59,546 nt of DNA from a virus (lineage: Duplodnaviria > Caudoviricetes): positions 1 to 59,546 of the IMG/VR virus record IMGVR_UViG_3300042452_000420; one strand, written 5' to 3'. Each line of letters opens with the position of its first letter. Within the stretch, counting starts at the first letter, position 1. Shown one piece after another: positions 27,646-36,580 of this stretch. Under the pieces are notes generated by a model that saw only the letters and a list, made by a program, of their open reading frames with translations, was not told the origin of the DNA and made no database searches. Position numbers and translations under genes: made by a program.

Positions 27646-28309
27646 CGCGAAACGCTGCACTACGTGCAGGGCACTGCTGCCGGTGACCAGCTTCAGCCCG
27701 TGCAGGAATGGGCTGCAATCGTCCTGTCGCGCATGCCGCAACGCTCTTTCTCGGCAACTTGCGAACACGCCGTGCGTGGAGTCTCAGACATGCAGCGCGT
27801 GCAAAACCACAAAAGGTGCGGGCGAGTTTAATCGAAGTCGCCGCAACAAGTCTGGCTTACAAGCGGAATGCAAGGCATGTACAAGGGCCAGAAAGCGCAG
27901 AGTGCAATACGCAGTCACGCTAAACGAAAAGTATTGCCCAGATTGCGCTCGCACGCTTCCTGCGCACGAGTTCCCAAGAGATAAGAAGCGAGTCGGCGGC
28001 CTGCGTGGGGAATGCCGGGAGTGCAGCGCAATTAAGAACGCAGCTTCGATATACAAGATTCCCGTGGAGCTAGCGAGAGAATTGCGCAATCGCTCGCATT
28101 GCGACCTGTGCGGAGCGGAGTACAAGAACTCTTTGGATGTGAACATCGACCACTGCCACGCCTCCGGTTCTGTGCGGGGTGCGATCTGCACATGCTGCAA
28201 CCTCATGCTTGGAGGTGCGCGCGACTGCCCAGAGATCCTCATGCAGGCGGTCAGGTATTTGCGCGGGGCTGGAACGTGGCGTCGAAGGCTGGAGGTGATC
28301 CGTGCCTGA
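27635..28309 (+). CDS. Endonuclease VII-type nuclease with tandem Zn ribbons
   Basis: Three CxxC..CxxC repeats; IDHCH..G.VRG..C..CN..LG. Confidence 0.85.
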   Translation: MAGDAKRCTTCRALLPVTSFSPCRNGLQSSCRACRNALSRQLANTPCVESQTCSACKTTKGAGEFNRSRRNKSGLQAECKACTRARKRRVQYAVTLNEKYCPDCARTLPAHEFPRDKKRVGGLRGECRECSAIKNAASIYKIPVELARELRNRSHCDLCGAEYKNSLDVNIDHCHASGSVRGAICTCCNLMLGGARDCPEILMQAVRYLRGAGTWRRRLEVIRA

Positions 28310-29267
28310 CGACCGCTACGAACTGGACACCCCGTACTCTCTGCTGAACGCCTACCAGAACCAAGGCATGGTGGGGTGGATCGACTCTCCGCGCGACCGC
28401 GTTCTTTTCGGTGAGTCGCAGTTCAAACCTGTGTACCAAGAGGGGAACACTGCTGGCAGCGGCATCGGCCAGCGAGCCCTGCTGTGGCCGTATGCCATAG
28501 CCTTGGACAAACTTTCATACACAGAGCGGCAGACGGAACCCGACTGCACATCGCACGCCTCGCGCAACGCCAGAGACACAAGCCGTGCGGTACAGATTCT
28601 TGTGTCCAAAGAGCCGGAACAGTTCGTCCTGCGTGGTGCGACAGAACCAACGTACGGCGCTCGCGGCCACGCTGGCGCCGGCATGTCGCCAGCCCGTGCC
28701 GCCATGTTTGAGAACGTCACGGGGTTCCTGATCCGCAAGGACTACGGGATCGTAGACCTGACAACATACACCGGCTCCATCGGCGCCCGCTGGGGCAGGG
28801 GCGGGGTGCCGCAGGATGTGCAGAAGCTCTGCAACAACAACAAGGTCGGCATCATTCGCCAGATTCGCAGCATCAATGATGCACGAGATGCGCTGTTCAA
28901 CGGCTACGCCCTCATGTCTGGGCAGCATGCAGCATGGTCGCCGTCCCCAGCCGACGATCACTACCACAAGCGAGTGAGCCCAGGCTGGAACCACGCGATG
29001 GCCACCGTAGGGATGGACTTCACAAAGAAGTTCTGGCCGTTCAATGTCTTCTTTATCCAGAACAGCTGGGGCCCGTGGAATCAGAAGCCTCGCGAATGGC
29101 CGCAAGACTACCCGCCGTGGGTTCCGGGGATGATCGTCTGCCGAGAAGAAGACTGGTCCGTGTGCGTGGAGAGCGAGGACTGCTATGCCTACGGATCAGT
29201 GGACGGTTTCCCTCCCCAGCGTTTGCCCGACTTCGGAACCATAGGGATGTTGCACCGTGGTGAGTAG
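28302..29267 (+). CDS. Papain-like (C1) cysteine peptidase
   Basis: Q..PDCTSHA (Cys), NHAMATVG (His), IQNSWG (Asn). Confidence 0.85.
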   Translation: MPDDRYELDTPYSLLNAYQNQGMVGWIDSPRDRVLFGESQFKPVYQEGNTAGSGIGQRALLWPYAIALDKLSYTERQTEPDCTSHASRNARDTSRAVQILVSKEPEQFVLRGATEPTYGARGHAGAGMSPARAAMFENVTGFLIRKDYGIVDLTTYTGSIGARWGRGGVPQDVQKLCNNNKVGIIRQIRSINDARDALFNGYALMSGQHAAWSPSPADDHYHKRVSPGWNHAMATVGMDFTKKFWPFNVFFIQNSWGPWNQKPREWPQDYPPWVPGMIVCREEDWSVCVESEDCYAYGSVDGFPPQRLPDFGTIGMLHRGE

Positions 29268-29517
29268 TTTCCTCTGGCTCTTCATCCCGCTGAACCTCGT
29301 CCCCGCCGTGGGCGTGAATGCTGCCTACTCCATCCACGCCACGCCATCGGTGGTAGTGCCGGCAGAATGCTGCGGTCGCTGCCAGAACGGCGTGATCAAA
29401 CACGGTGACGGGCACACCACTCCCTGCCCCTGCCCATCCGACTGCAAGTGCAAGGCGAAGACCTTGGTTCACGAACCCATCTGCATCACAGGCTCATGCC
29501 AGAAGCAAACCAAGTAG
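29257..29517 (+). CDS. Small secreted Cys-rich protein
   Basis: Hydrophobic N-terminus; CCGRC..G...HGDGH..PCPC..C.C. Confidence 0.6.
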   Translation: MVSSFLWLFIPLNLVPAVGVNAAYSIHATPSVVVPAECCGRCQNGVIKHGDGHTTPCPCPSDCKCKAKTLVHEPICITGSCQKQTK

Positions 29518-29810
29518 CACAGTGGTGCCTGGAGTCAACAGGCACAAAGAAGTATGGGGCCAAAGCAGAGAAGGTTGCGCTCATCGCCATCATGCTGCTG
29601 CCCGATTGGGAAGTTGATCTGCCCGCCTACAAGCGACAGGTCCGACAGGAATGCTGGCGGCGCAAGGATCATTTCGGGTCGGTGTTCCTGATCTTCATAC
29701 TCCCCCTCATCGTCAACGTCATCGCAGCCTGGATAGCCAAATGGTTAGTAAACCGAACCCAAGGTTCACCTTTACGGAAGATCAGGGGCCAAGCGTTCGA
29801 CGCCCTGTGA
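29496..29810 (+). CDS. Membrane protein
   Basis: TM VFLIFILPLIVNVIAAWI; start uncertain. Confidence 0.6.
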   Translation: MPEANQVAQWCLESTGTKKYGAKAEKVALIAIMLLPDWEVDLPAYKRQVRQECWRRKDHFGSVFLIFILPLIVNVIAAWIAKWLVNRTQGSPLRKIRGQAFDAL

Positions 29811-29977
29811 TCCGCCTGACCTGCGCCTACCAAGGCGAAGCACACATGTACGTGTTCTCCCCCGACGAAGCATTCGATGCCGCGAAGATTATCACGCGGC
29901 ATGTCATGGAGGGACGCCTGCACCCGGCTGCAGGCATGGTTCTGTGTCAAATGATTGAGGGGGAAGATGATGGCTGA
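29807..29977 (+). CDS. Small hypothetical protein
   Basis: GTGA overlap with upstream stop. Confidence 0.5.
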   Translation: MIRLTCAYQGEAHMYVFSPDEAFDAAKIITRHVMEGRLHPAAGMVLCQMIEGEDDG

Positions 29978-30188
29978 ACTGTGGATGGTGGGGCTGACCG
30001 TCGCTGCGGCGGTGGTCCCGTGGGCGATGTCGATCCATGCCAAGGTGGCGGTGATTGCCAAGTCGGTGGAGGAACTACCAGCACTTGTGAAGGAACTCCG
30101 CGAAACCCTGGAAGAGCATGAGGTTCGACTGGATCGGCATGACGAAGAGATCAAAGCTATCAAAGACAAAGCAACGGCTGGTAGTTGA
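29967..30188 (+). CDS. Single-TM plus coiled-coil protein (holin-like candidate)
   Basis: N-terminal TM followed by charged heptads. Confidence 0.55.
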   Translation: MMAELWMVGLTVAAAVVPWAMSIHAKVAVIAKSVEELPALVKELRETLEEHEVRLDRHDEEIKAIKDKATAGS

Positions 30189-30762
30189 ATACCACCCGCT
30201 AGTCTCCATCCTCTCCCGCTACTTCCTGCAGAACCGGCCGGGCTGGCAGCGTGCGCTGTACCAACCAGACCTGGAGGGCGAGGGATATCTTGCCCTGTGC
30301 AAGGCGGCACGCACGTACGACAGGACGAAACTGCCGTACCCGAAAGCGTACTTCGCACGCGCCGTGTTGAACGCCATGCTGAAGAGCATCCGCAAGATGA
30401 CCAGGACTCCACGGGAGAACAAGGTCAGCCTCGCGGAAGCAGCCGACAAGGTGCCGCAGTACGACGAGGTGGATCACCTTCGGCTGGCCATCGAATCCCT
30501 GCCCGAAGAGGACAGGAAGATGGCGACCGAAAGGTTCGTGGACGGTTCTACCTTGCGGACTCTAGCGGAAGCGAACGATATCCCGGTGCGGATCGCTTCC
30601 CTGGCCGCGCGCCGGTTGCAACGCGAGCTTTCACGGTCGTTGGATATCCGGCTTCAGCCGCGCGCGCCAGCGTCCACACCTCAGACGGCGAGTAGTAGCC
30701 GCGAGAACCCGCGCGCATCACCACGGGCTTCCGAACGTCATCGCGGGCGAGACGCAAAGTAA
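30139..30762 (+). CDS. RNA polymerase sigma-70 family factor
   Basis: Region 2 DLEGEGYLALCKAARTYD...YFARAV.NAM; region 4 AIESLPEEDR...TLRTLAE HTH. Confidence 0.85.
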   Translation: MTKRSKLSKTKQRLVVEYHPLVSILSRYFLQNRPGWQRALYQPDLEGEGYLALCKAARTYDRTKLPYPKAYFARAVLNAMLKSIRKMTRTPRENKVSLAEAADKVPQYDEVDHLRLAIESLPEEDRKMATERFVDGSTLRTLAEANDIPVRIASLAARRLQRELSRSLDIRLQPRAPASTPQTASSSRENPRASPRASERHRGRDAK

Positions 30763-31327
30763 TCCCTTCCCAGGTGAACCCATCCTCCCGCATGGCGAGG
30801 ATGCGGTCTGCGATCCTTCGCTCTTCAGGTAAGGGCACCCACTCGCCATCCTTCCTCGTCCACCCGAACGGCCTGGTGTTGCTGTAGGGTTTGCCGTTCC
30901 GCTTCAGGTACTGCCATGCATCGGATACACGCCGGCCGATACGCTTGCGTTCGTACTGCGCCCAACTGGCGAACTGGGTGAACATCATCTCGCCCTCGTC
31001 TGTCGCAGTATCGACGGGGAAATCCAGGATGGCGAGGCGGATGCCGAATTGTTTCCAGGCGGCGAGGGTGGTGGCTGCGTCTGCCGTGGACCTCCAGCCA
31101 CGATCCAACTTGCTGATGATCACCAGATCACACTCCCGCAGCGTGGCCCAGAGCAGCTTTCCCTTGGGCCGATCACGCAGCGGGATCTTCCCGGATACAT
31201 CCTCGTCCTGGAAGATGTCGGCTACCTCTAGGTCATGCTTGGCGGCATAGGCCAAGATCTCCTGGCGCTGGTTGTCCGAAGAGATCGCCTGATCGTCAGT
31301 CGATACCCGCGTGTAGCCGTAGATCAT
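30548..31327 (-). CDS. Serine recombinase
   Basis: YGYTRVSTDDQ (catalytic Ser), VSG....RP, KLDR..RS, ERKRI; C-terminal PFGW. Confidence 0.92.
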   Translation of the reverse strand: MIYGYTRVSTDDQAISSDNQRQEILAYAAKHDLEVADIFQDEDVSGKIPLRDRPKGKLLWATLRECDLVIISKLDRGWRSTADAATTLAAWKQFGIRLAILDFPVDTATDEGEMMFTQFASWAQYERKRIGRRVSDAWQYLKRNGKPYSNTRPFGWTRKDGEWVPLPEERRIADRILAMREDGFTWEGITLRLARDDVRKPVVMRAGSRGYYSPSEVWTLARAAEAGYPTTVKARVATGARPGKRSAPGYRSLPLESAR

Positions 31328-31330
31328 CGG

Positions 31331-31543
31331 TCACTCCAGCGAGGAGAAGAACAAGATAAGAACCAGCACAACACCACCAACCAGGAAGTCGGCAACCTCG
31401 GACATGGCAAACATGATGCCTCCTATTGTAACAGAATCCGGATGATCAACTCTTTCAACTGCACCGCCAGCAACAGCAACACACAGGTCGCTGTGATATG
31501 CAACGAAACCAGTACATCCTTGTACATCGAACCTCCTATTCAA
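31331..31543 (-). CDS. Small hypothetical protein
   Basis: In coupled - strand chain; hydrophobic C-terminus. Confidence 0.4.
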   Translation of the reverse strand: MNRRFDVQGCTGFVAYHSDLCVAVAGGAVERVDHPDSVTIGGIMFAMSEVADFLVGGVVLVLILFFSSLE

Positions 31544-31892
31544 CCGTGAACGTCATGTCGCACGGTGTATCGTGGGTGAACGTCAGGGTGGCAACGACAC
31601 GCTTCTCGCCGTCCGTCCACAGCGTGGCGCGTGAGTCGGTGTCGGTATCGTCATCGATCTCGGGGCAGTAGTCCTGCCACGCACCGGACGCAATGAACTT
31701 GCCGGTCAGCACTGGGCCGGCGATGTCGTAGAACTGCAGCCACGCCAGTCGGACCTCATGGGCCGTGCCGTTGTGCGTGGCATGGTCCATGTCGGCAATC
31801 GCATTGGCCAGCAATCGGGCATCGCGGATCTGATCGGCGTGCTCCACAAAGAACTCGCTGTCATAGGCATGCTCGCGTACATCGTCCGTCAT
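31536..31892 (-). CDS. Hypothetical early protein
   Basis: 118 aa; coupled. Confidence 0.65.
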   Translation of the reverse strand: MTDDVREHAYDSEFFVEHADQIRDARLLANAIADMDHATHNGTAHEVRLAWLQFYDIAGPVLTGKFIASGAWQDYCPEIDDDTDTDSRATLWTDGEKRVVATLTFTHDTPCDMTFTVE

Positions 31893-32128
31893 CGTTTTCC
31901 CCTGTACTTATTGACCAGCTTCTGAACATCCTCCACATCCAACGCCTGCCCGTGGAAATCGGGGAGCCCCTCTATCCCACGTTCCTTGTACTCCCGCAGT
32001 CGTTTGCTCACTGCCTGCTGGGTGACACCCAGCTCATCGGCAATGTTCTGGATCGTGCCATTCGCATGCCGCATGACAGCGGCAATGAACGCCTCTGCGG
32101 TGGTTTTCCCTTCACGTTTCTTAGCCAT
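31889..32128 (-). CDS. HTH DNA-binding protein
   Basis: TIQNIADELGVTQQAVSKRL; SD upstream. Confidence 0.75.
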   Translation of the reverse strand: MAKKREGKTTAEAFIAAVMRHANGTIQNIADELGVTQQAVSKRLREYKERGIEGLPDFHGQALDVEDVQKLVNKYRGKR

Positions 32129-32342
32129 CGACATCACTCCTTCGGTGCGAATAGTTGCCTGCCAACACGTTGGCCCAGTACCAAGACGGGTGGCGGGTGT
32201 CGTCTGTGTGTGGGTACATGCGATACGTCGCATGCCTCGCGTCTTGGTTGTCGCAGCACAGGTCGCCGTTGTGGTCGGTGTACACAATGAAGTCTTCGCC
32301 CATGCGATCCAGCCACTCACGCAGTTCACGAACAGTTGCCAT
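32121..32342 (-). CDS. Hypothetical early protein
   Basis: GGAGG SD; MATVRELREWL. Confidence 0.6.
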   Translation of the reverse strand: MATVRELREWLDRMGEDFIVYTDHNGDLCCDNQDARHATYRMYPHTDDTRHPSWYWANVLAGNYSHRRSDVDG

Positions 32343-32562
32343 CACGCACCTCCTCCGCACCAATTCCAAACACATCATTGATCACCGTCGCCCCAACGCA
32401 CAGCCGCTGCTTGTCCAGTTCAGTCATCTGCCTGTTGTGCTTCAGTGAGTAGGCAATAGCCAGCATCACTTGCACGGCGACCTCCTTCTGGAGGTACAGG
32501 GAACCGCACTCAACGTCCGGCTCGTAGTCTGGGTGGTGTTTCTTCCTCTTCTTCTTAGCCAT
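32326..32562 (-). CDS. Hypothetical early protein
   Basis: GGAGG SD; MAKKKRKK. Confidence 0.6.
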   Translation of the reverse strand: MAKKKRKKHHPDYEPDVECGSLYLQKEVAVQVMLAIAYSLKHNRQMTELDKQRLCVGATVINDVFGIGAEEVRDGNCS

Positions 32563-32573
32563 CACTGTCCTCC

Positions 32574-32849
32574 TTATGTAACCGGGTGAATCGCATCGAC
32601 AATCTGAAACAGCACATTGAAACTCCCTCGCCCGGCCGCAGTACTTAGGCCGCTGCCCTTGCACCACTTACGGACGGAAGATTCCCTGCTGCCCTCGCCA
32701 GTGATCCACGGATCGATCAGGCTTTCAAACAACTCCAGCCGCTTGCGAAAATCTGCAACGCTGATGCCATGCTCCGGATGCTTGGTGCCATGGTTCCGCA
32801 CGTAGATGCCGTGCATCGCAGTGATCTGCTTGTCGGTCCAGCCTTCCAT
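32574..32849 (-). CDS. Hypothetical early protein
   Basis: TGATG coupling. Confidence 0.6.
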   Translation of the reverse strand: MEGWTDKQITAMHGIYVRNHGTKHPEHGISVADFRKRLELFESLIDPWITGEGSRESSVRKWCKGSGLSTAAGRGSFNVLFQIVDAIHPVT

Positions 32850-33070
32850 CACACCCGTCCTTCCGAAATCCATTGGTCCACCTTGGGGAGTATGCCGTTC
32901 TGCGGTTCGTATCGATCTTCGCCATCCGCAATCCGGCCCATGAACAACTCAACGCTGCCGTAGCTGCGGTCTTCGACACGCTTGTGCAGTGTGCGCGTCT
33001 CCCAATCGCAGTCGTACTTCACATCGACAATCTGCCCGGCGTCGGCCGGGAGTTGTTGCCATGCCATCAC
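32849..33070 (-). CDS. Hypothetical early protein
   Basis: AGGAGGT SD. Confidence 0.65.
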   Translation of the reverse strand: MMAWQQLPADAGQIVDVKYDCDWETRTLHKRVEDRSYGSVELFMGRIADGEDRYEPQNGILPKVDQWISEGRV

Positions 33071-33079
33071 ATCACCTCC

Positions 33080-33385
33080 TTATGTATCCAGGAAAGGAAA
33101 GGTTTCTCTCGCAACATCGGCATCCTCCTCGCTGCCAAGCAGGCCCTGCACAAGACGGAACGCGGCAAGGCATCCGCTGTTGAAGCCATACTGCCATTGG
33201 CTGTCGTCAGACCGCAACTCCTCCAGGTCCGCAGACCATGCCGCCTCTACGCGACGGCGGCCGGGCTGACTGACAGGATCGTCCGGCGAGGTGCGTGCGT
33301 ACCAGACGAGGTCGAAGTACTTTTTCTCCCACGCATCCAGTTCCAAGACGAAGTCAGCGCCTTTGGCTGTACCCTTAGCCATCAC
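33080..33385 (-). CDS. Hypothetical early protein
   Basis: GGAGGT SD; KYFDLVWYAR, YGFNSGCLAAFR. Confidence 0.7.
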   Translation of the reverse strand: MMAKGTAKGADFVLELDAWEKKYFDLVWYARTSPDDPVSQPGRRRVEAAWSADLEELRSDDSQWQYGFNSGCLAAFRLVQGLLGSEEDADVARETFPFLDT

Positions 33386-33588
33386 ATCACCTCCGGGTTT
33401 CTATCGCACCAAGATTGGTACACATCCTCATCCTCCGGCAACCATTCTACAACCTCGCCGCCCATCTGCAACGCGGCCCCTGTGTAGATGACGATCTGCC
33501 CCTCATCGTCCTCGCAGATACGGCATGTGGGAAACATCTCCCGCACAAGGCGAGCGAACTGCCGGGTAGTCCCGTCGAACTCAGGCAT
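33382..33588 (-). CDS. Hypothetical early protein
   Basis: EDDEGQIVIYTG; coupled. Confidence 0.65.
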   Translation of the reverse strand: MPEFDGTTRQFARLVREMFPTCRICEDDEGQIVIYTGAALQMGGEVVEWLPEDEDVYQSWCDRNPEVM

Positions 33589-33781
33589 TGGGATCCTCCA
33601 GGCTTTCGCGAATCCCGAATTGAAATCGGATGTCCAGCTTGGCTAGTGCATTGGCCAGAGGCTGTTTCACTTCCTCTGGGGGCTCGTCATGCTGAAGGGC
33701 AATGGCTGCCGCACTGACCAAGGCAGCAGCCTCATCGCGCGTAAACCGCACAGAGCCATTCATTCGCAGCGTACTTTTCAT
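33581..33781 (-). CDS. Hypothetical early protein
   Basis: GGAGG SD. Confidence 0.55.
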   Translation of the reverse strand: MKSTLRMNGSVRFTRDEAAALVSAAAIALQHDEPPEEVKQPLANALAKLDIRFQFGIRESLEDPNA

Positions 33782-33889
33782 GCTTCCTCCAAAAGAAAAA
33801 GCCTGATCTGTTGGCACAGGTCAGGCTCGGTGTCCTCCACAGCGGCCTCCGCCAGCACAAGCAGGCGGATGGCCTTGTCTACGTGATCG

Positions 33890-34270
33890 TCAGTCCAATG
33901 ATCGCTCCTTGCCATTGGTTCCCTCCATGGTTACTCCCTCCGCCTTGGCGATGCACTGCTCCAGATGGCAGAGCAGGCCGGCAATAGTGGCGTCCACATA
34001 GGTGGCGTCTAGGTTGCGCCACCCCGCGACATCACTGTCCTCATCCAAGATTTCCAATGCGGCAACAGCTTTCCGCAACGCATCCAGCAACTCAGGGGCA
34101 GCGGCGATGAGGCGGGCATTGGCTGGCTGGCAAAGCAGGAGTGAAGGGCGATTGCAAGCGAGGGTCGCGACCTCTTCTCGCTCGCCGTACTCGTTGACTT
34201 CGCCCTCGCATATGCACAGGTAGTCACCGTCCTCGTCGATCCACCACGGCCCAGGTGTATGTGCCATCAT
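33890..34270 (-). CDS. Conserved phage early protein (HTPGPW...ANARLIAAAP family)
   Basis: HTPGPW and ANARLIAAAPELL motifs. Confidence 0.8.
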   Translation of the reverse strand: MMAHTPGPWWIDEDGDYLCICEGEVNEYGEREEVATLACNRPSLLLCQPANARLIAAAPELLDALRKAVAALEILDEDSDVAGWRNLDATYVDATIAGLLCHLEQCIAKAEGVTMEGTNGKERSLD

Positions 34271-34461
34271 TCATCCTCCCATTTGATAAGGAATCCATCA
34301 CCACCACACTTCTTGCATCGCAGGATGTCGCACCCGCGGATGTACTCGCCGGGACTACAGGGGTGCCGTGGCGGGCAGCACTTGGGGCATGGTGCCAGTT
34401 CAGTCAGCCGAAGACGGGCGGTATCGTACGTCTCATAGACGGCAGCGATCTCTGCGTTCAT
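34267..34461 (-). CDS. Small Zn-finger protein
   Basis: CPKC...CKKCGGDG; AGGAGG SD. Confidence 0.55.
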   Translation of the reverse strand: MNAEIAAVYETYDTARLRLTELAPCPKCCPPRHPCSPGEYIRGCDILRCKKCGGDGFLIKWEDE

Positions 34462-34712
34462 GTGCCCACCTCCTGTTTCGCGTGATCTTCCCACAGCCGA
34501 CGCTCAATATCGTCCAGCGTGCCCGTGTATTCCGACCGTCCGATGTGCGTGTAGTACTGGCCGTCCTTTAGACCAGCCAGCACGCCCACCTCATAGACCC
34601 ACACCGACTGTACGTTGTCTGGCACGTAGCCGAAGTGGTCTTCCAGAATGTCATGCTCCAGACCTTGCGTGGCCTGATGCTGTGTCGCTCGCCAGTCTTC
34701 AAAGGTCATCAC
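34458..34712 (-). CDS. Hypothetical early protein
   Basis: AGGAG SD; coupled. Confidence 0.65.
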   Translation of the reverse strand: MMTFEDWRATQHQATQGLEHDILEDHFGYVPDNVQSVWVYEVGVLAGLKDGQYYTHIGRSEYTGTLDDIERRLWEDHAKQEVGT

Positions 34713-34721
34713 GCAATCTCC

Positions 34722-34928
34722 TTATGTTTCTTGCTGGTCGGCCAGACATTGACCGTCCACCCAGGCATCCGAATCAACACCACCCATCCGCACAACGACA
34801 CGCAGCCCCTCGTAGGTGGTGAGTTCGCTGCACATGTGAGCCAGATCGTCTATGTCAAACCCGTCGATCATGTCCCGCAATTCCTGCACTGCCTCGGCTT
34901 CCGACAAAACTTTGAGCGGGAGCATCAC
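34722..34928 (-). CDS. Hypothetical early protein
   Basis: GGAG SD; coupled. Confidence 0.6.
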   Translation of the reverse strand: MMLPLKVLSEAEAVQELRDMIDGFDIDDLAHMCSELTTYEGLRVVVRMGGVDSDAWVDGQCLADQQET

Positions 34929-35092
34929 GCAATCTCCAGTAGTTCCAAGGTTTCCCGCAGCACCTCGTAGCGGTGTCGATGCTCATCAAAGAACTCGCTG
35001 TCATCGAACCCCGCCTTTAGTTCGCATATCTCCCTGTCCAACAAGTCCTTCAACTCCTCGGCCTGCTCGTCGGTCAGCTCAATGGTTGGCAT
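34925..35092 (-). CDS. Small helical protein, MPTI family copy 1
   Basis: MPTIELTDEQAEEL; GGAGG SD. Confidence 0.65.
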   Translation of the reverse strand: MPTIELTDEQAEELKDLLDREICELKAGFDDSEFFDEHRHRYEVLRETLELLEIA

Positions 35093-35273
35093 GCTTGGCC
35101 TCCGCAATCTTGTAAAGGATGGAATCCAATAGGCGAGCCGCCTTGGCGTATGAGTCATGGTCCCGGTCGCCCTTGGGGTATCGCCGCAACATCTCGGTCA
35201 CGTTCTCCTGCTCAACAGTCAGGCAACCCCAGGCTTCTTTGAGTTCTGCCTTGGTTAGTTCAATCGTTGGCAT
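35079..35273 (-). CDS. Small helical protein, MPTI family copy 2
   Basis: MPTIELTKAELKEA; GGAGG SD. Confidence 0.65.
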   Translation of the reverse strand: MPTIELTKAELKEAWGCLTVEQENVTEMLRRYPKGDRDHDSYAKAARLLDSILYKIAEAKHANH

Positions 35274-35457
35274 ATGCAGCCTCCAGGTCTTTTAGAACCA
35301 CACGCATGTCTTCCAACATCCTGCGAATAAATTGCAGATCGGAAGTATCATTCCTGCGGACAGCACGCCCCTCGCTCTCGGTGAGGTATTCGATGCGGTC
35401 CAGAATCAACTGCCGAACCTCCTCGCCTTGGTCAGCAGTCCAATCAATGGTTGGCAT
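35260..35457 (-). CDS. Small helical protein, MPTI family copy 3
   Basis: MPTIDWTADQGEEV; GGAGG SD. Confidence 0.65.
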   Translation of the reverse strand: MPTIDWTADQGEEVRQLILDRIEYLTESEGRAVRRNDTSDLQFIRRMLEDMRVVLKDLEAAYAND

Positions 35458-35626
35458 CGCTGGCCTCCTCGTGCTTATGCGCGGACAACTCAGTGACCGC
35501 GTAAACAAACATGTCCATCCTCTGCGTTGCGGCTTCCCGATCAGCAATGCGCTCCGCATGGTCCCGATCAGAACAGTACGAACAGATGCGGTCGGTCGCA
35601 TCAACGACAATAAAGTTTTGCATCAC
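35444..35626 (-). CDS. Hypothetical early protein
   Basis: AGGAGG SD; coupled. Confidence 0.6.
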   Translation of the reverse strand: MMQNFIVVDATDRICSYCSDRDHAERIADREAATQRMDMFVYAVTELSAHKHEEASDANH

Positions 35627-35913
35627 ACCACCTCCTTCTCATACACGCCGGAGTACCACCCGGTGCAGTCTTCAACCCAGAACCCCGCAGCCGACAACGC
35701 ATCGGACAACTGTTCGATCTTGTCGTATTGCCCGCCGTCGTAGTTCACATAGGGCCAGAGCGGATCGCCAAGGTAGTGTTCCAGGATGAGCAAGGCACCC
35801 TTGCCGTACTCACCGTCCCATTCCTCCCGGGTGTGGCACTCAAAGTCCTGGCCGACCACAGACCGAATGACGGCTGCGGCACGGGCCATCTTGGCGAGGT
35901 CACCGGATGTCAT
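35623..35913 (-). CDS. Hypothetical early protein
   Basis: GGAGGT SD; EEWDGEYG, WYSGVY. Confidence 0.65.
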   Translation of the reverse strand: MTSGDLAKMARAAAVIRSVVGQDFECHTREEWDGEYGKGALLILEHYLGDPLWPYVNYDGGQYDKIEQLSDALSAAGFWVEDCTGWYSGVYEKEVV

Positions 35914-35917
35914 GTCG

Positions 35918-36169
35918 TCACCTCCGAAACCATTTGAACTCACGGACAATGTCGTCCACTATCGCCCAGTCTTTCTTGCCATGCGACTTGCGGAACGCAG
36001 CCGCCAATGCAAGGTACTCCTGTGACTTGGGGGCCGTGTCGAACTCCTCCAGTACCATGCGGGCAATAACGGCTAGGCTTGCCTCGCTCTTGGCCTCTTC
36101 GCAAAACGTCGCCGCCTTGCCGGCAGCAGCCTTGGCGAAGTGGCTCTGACTGACATTGGTGTTAGGCAT
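35918..36169 (-). CDS. Hypothetical early protein
   Basis: GGAGGT SD. Confidence 0.6.
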   Translation of the reverse strand: MPNTNVSQSHFAKAAAGKAATFCEEAKSEASLAVIARMVLEEFDTAPKSQEYLALAAAFRKSHGKKDWAIVDDIVREFKWFRR

Positions 36170-36374
36170 TGACCACCTCCAAATGCACATTGCCACGGGA
36201 CGGATCCCACTCACAGTTTACCGGATCATCGGACTCATCTGCCCGGTGATCCACACACAGCGTCCACCGTCCGTACAGATCACGGGCGGAAGACTCTGCC
36301 TCTTCACGGGTGGCAAACCGAATGCCATTGCCAGCCCACTCATTGCCCACCTTCACCATCGGTCGAAAGCTCAT
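36162..36374 (-). CDS. Conserved small phage protein
   Basis: WAGNGIRFATREEAE...L..RW...ESDDPVN. Confidence 0.7.
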   Translation of the reverse strand: MSFRPMVKVGNEWAGNGIRFATREEAESSARDLYGRWTLCVDHRADESDDPVNCEWDPSRGNVHLEVVNA

Positions 36375-36388
36375 TCGTCATCCTCCGT

Positions 36389-36580
36389 TCACGGACGACC
36401 AGTGTTGCGGTCTACCCAACCGTCACGCACTGGATCGAAATAATCGAACTCCTCATCGTCGCTGCATTCGCTGGCCGAGGCAGCCATTGCGTCTGCATCG
36501 GCATAGCACTGGTCCAGCCGTTCACACTCGGCCAGCAGTTCGCGCTCCTCGTCTTCGGTCATGCCGTCTCGGTATTTCAT
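36389..36580 (-). CDS. Acidic hypothetical protein
   Basis: ATGA overlap; D/E-rich. Confidence 0.6.
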   Translation of the reverse strand: MKYRDGMTEDEERELLAECERLDQCYADADAMAASASECSDDEEFDYFDPVRDGWVDRNTGRP

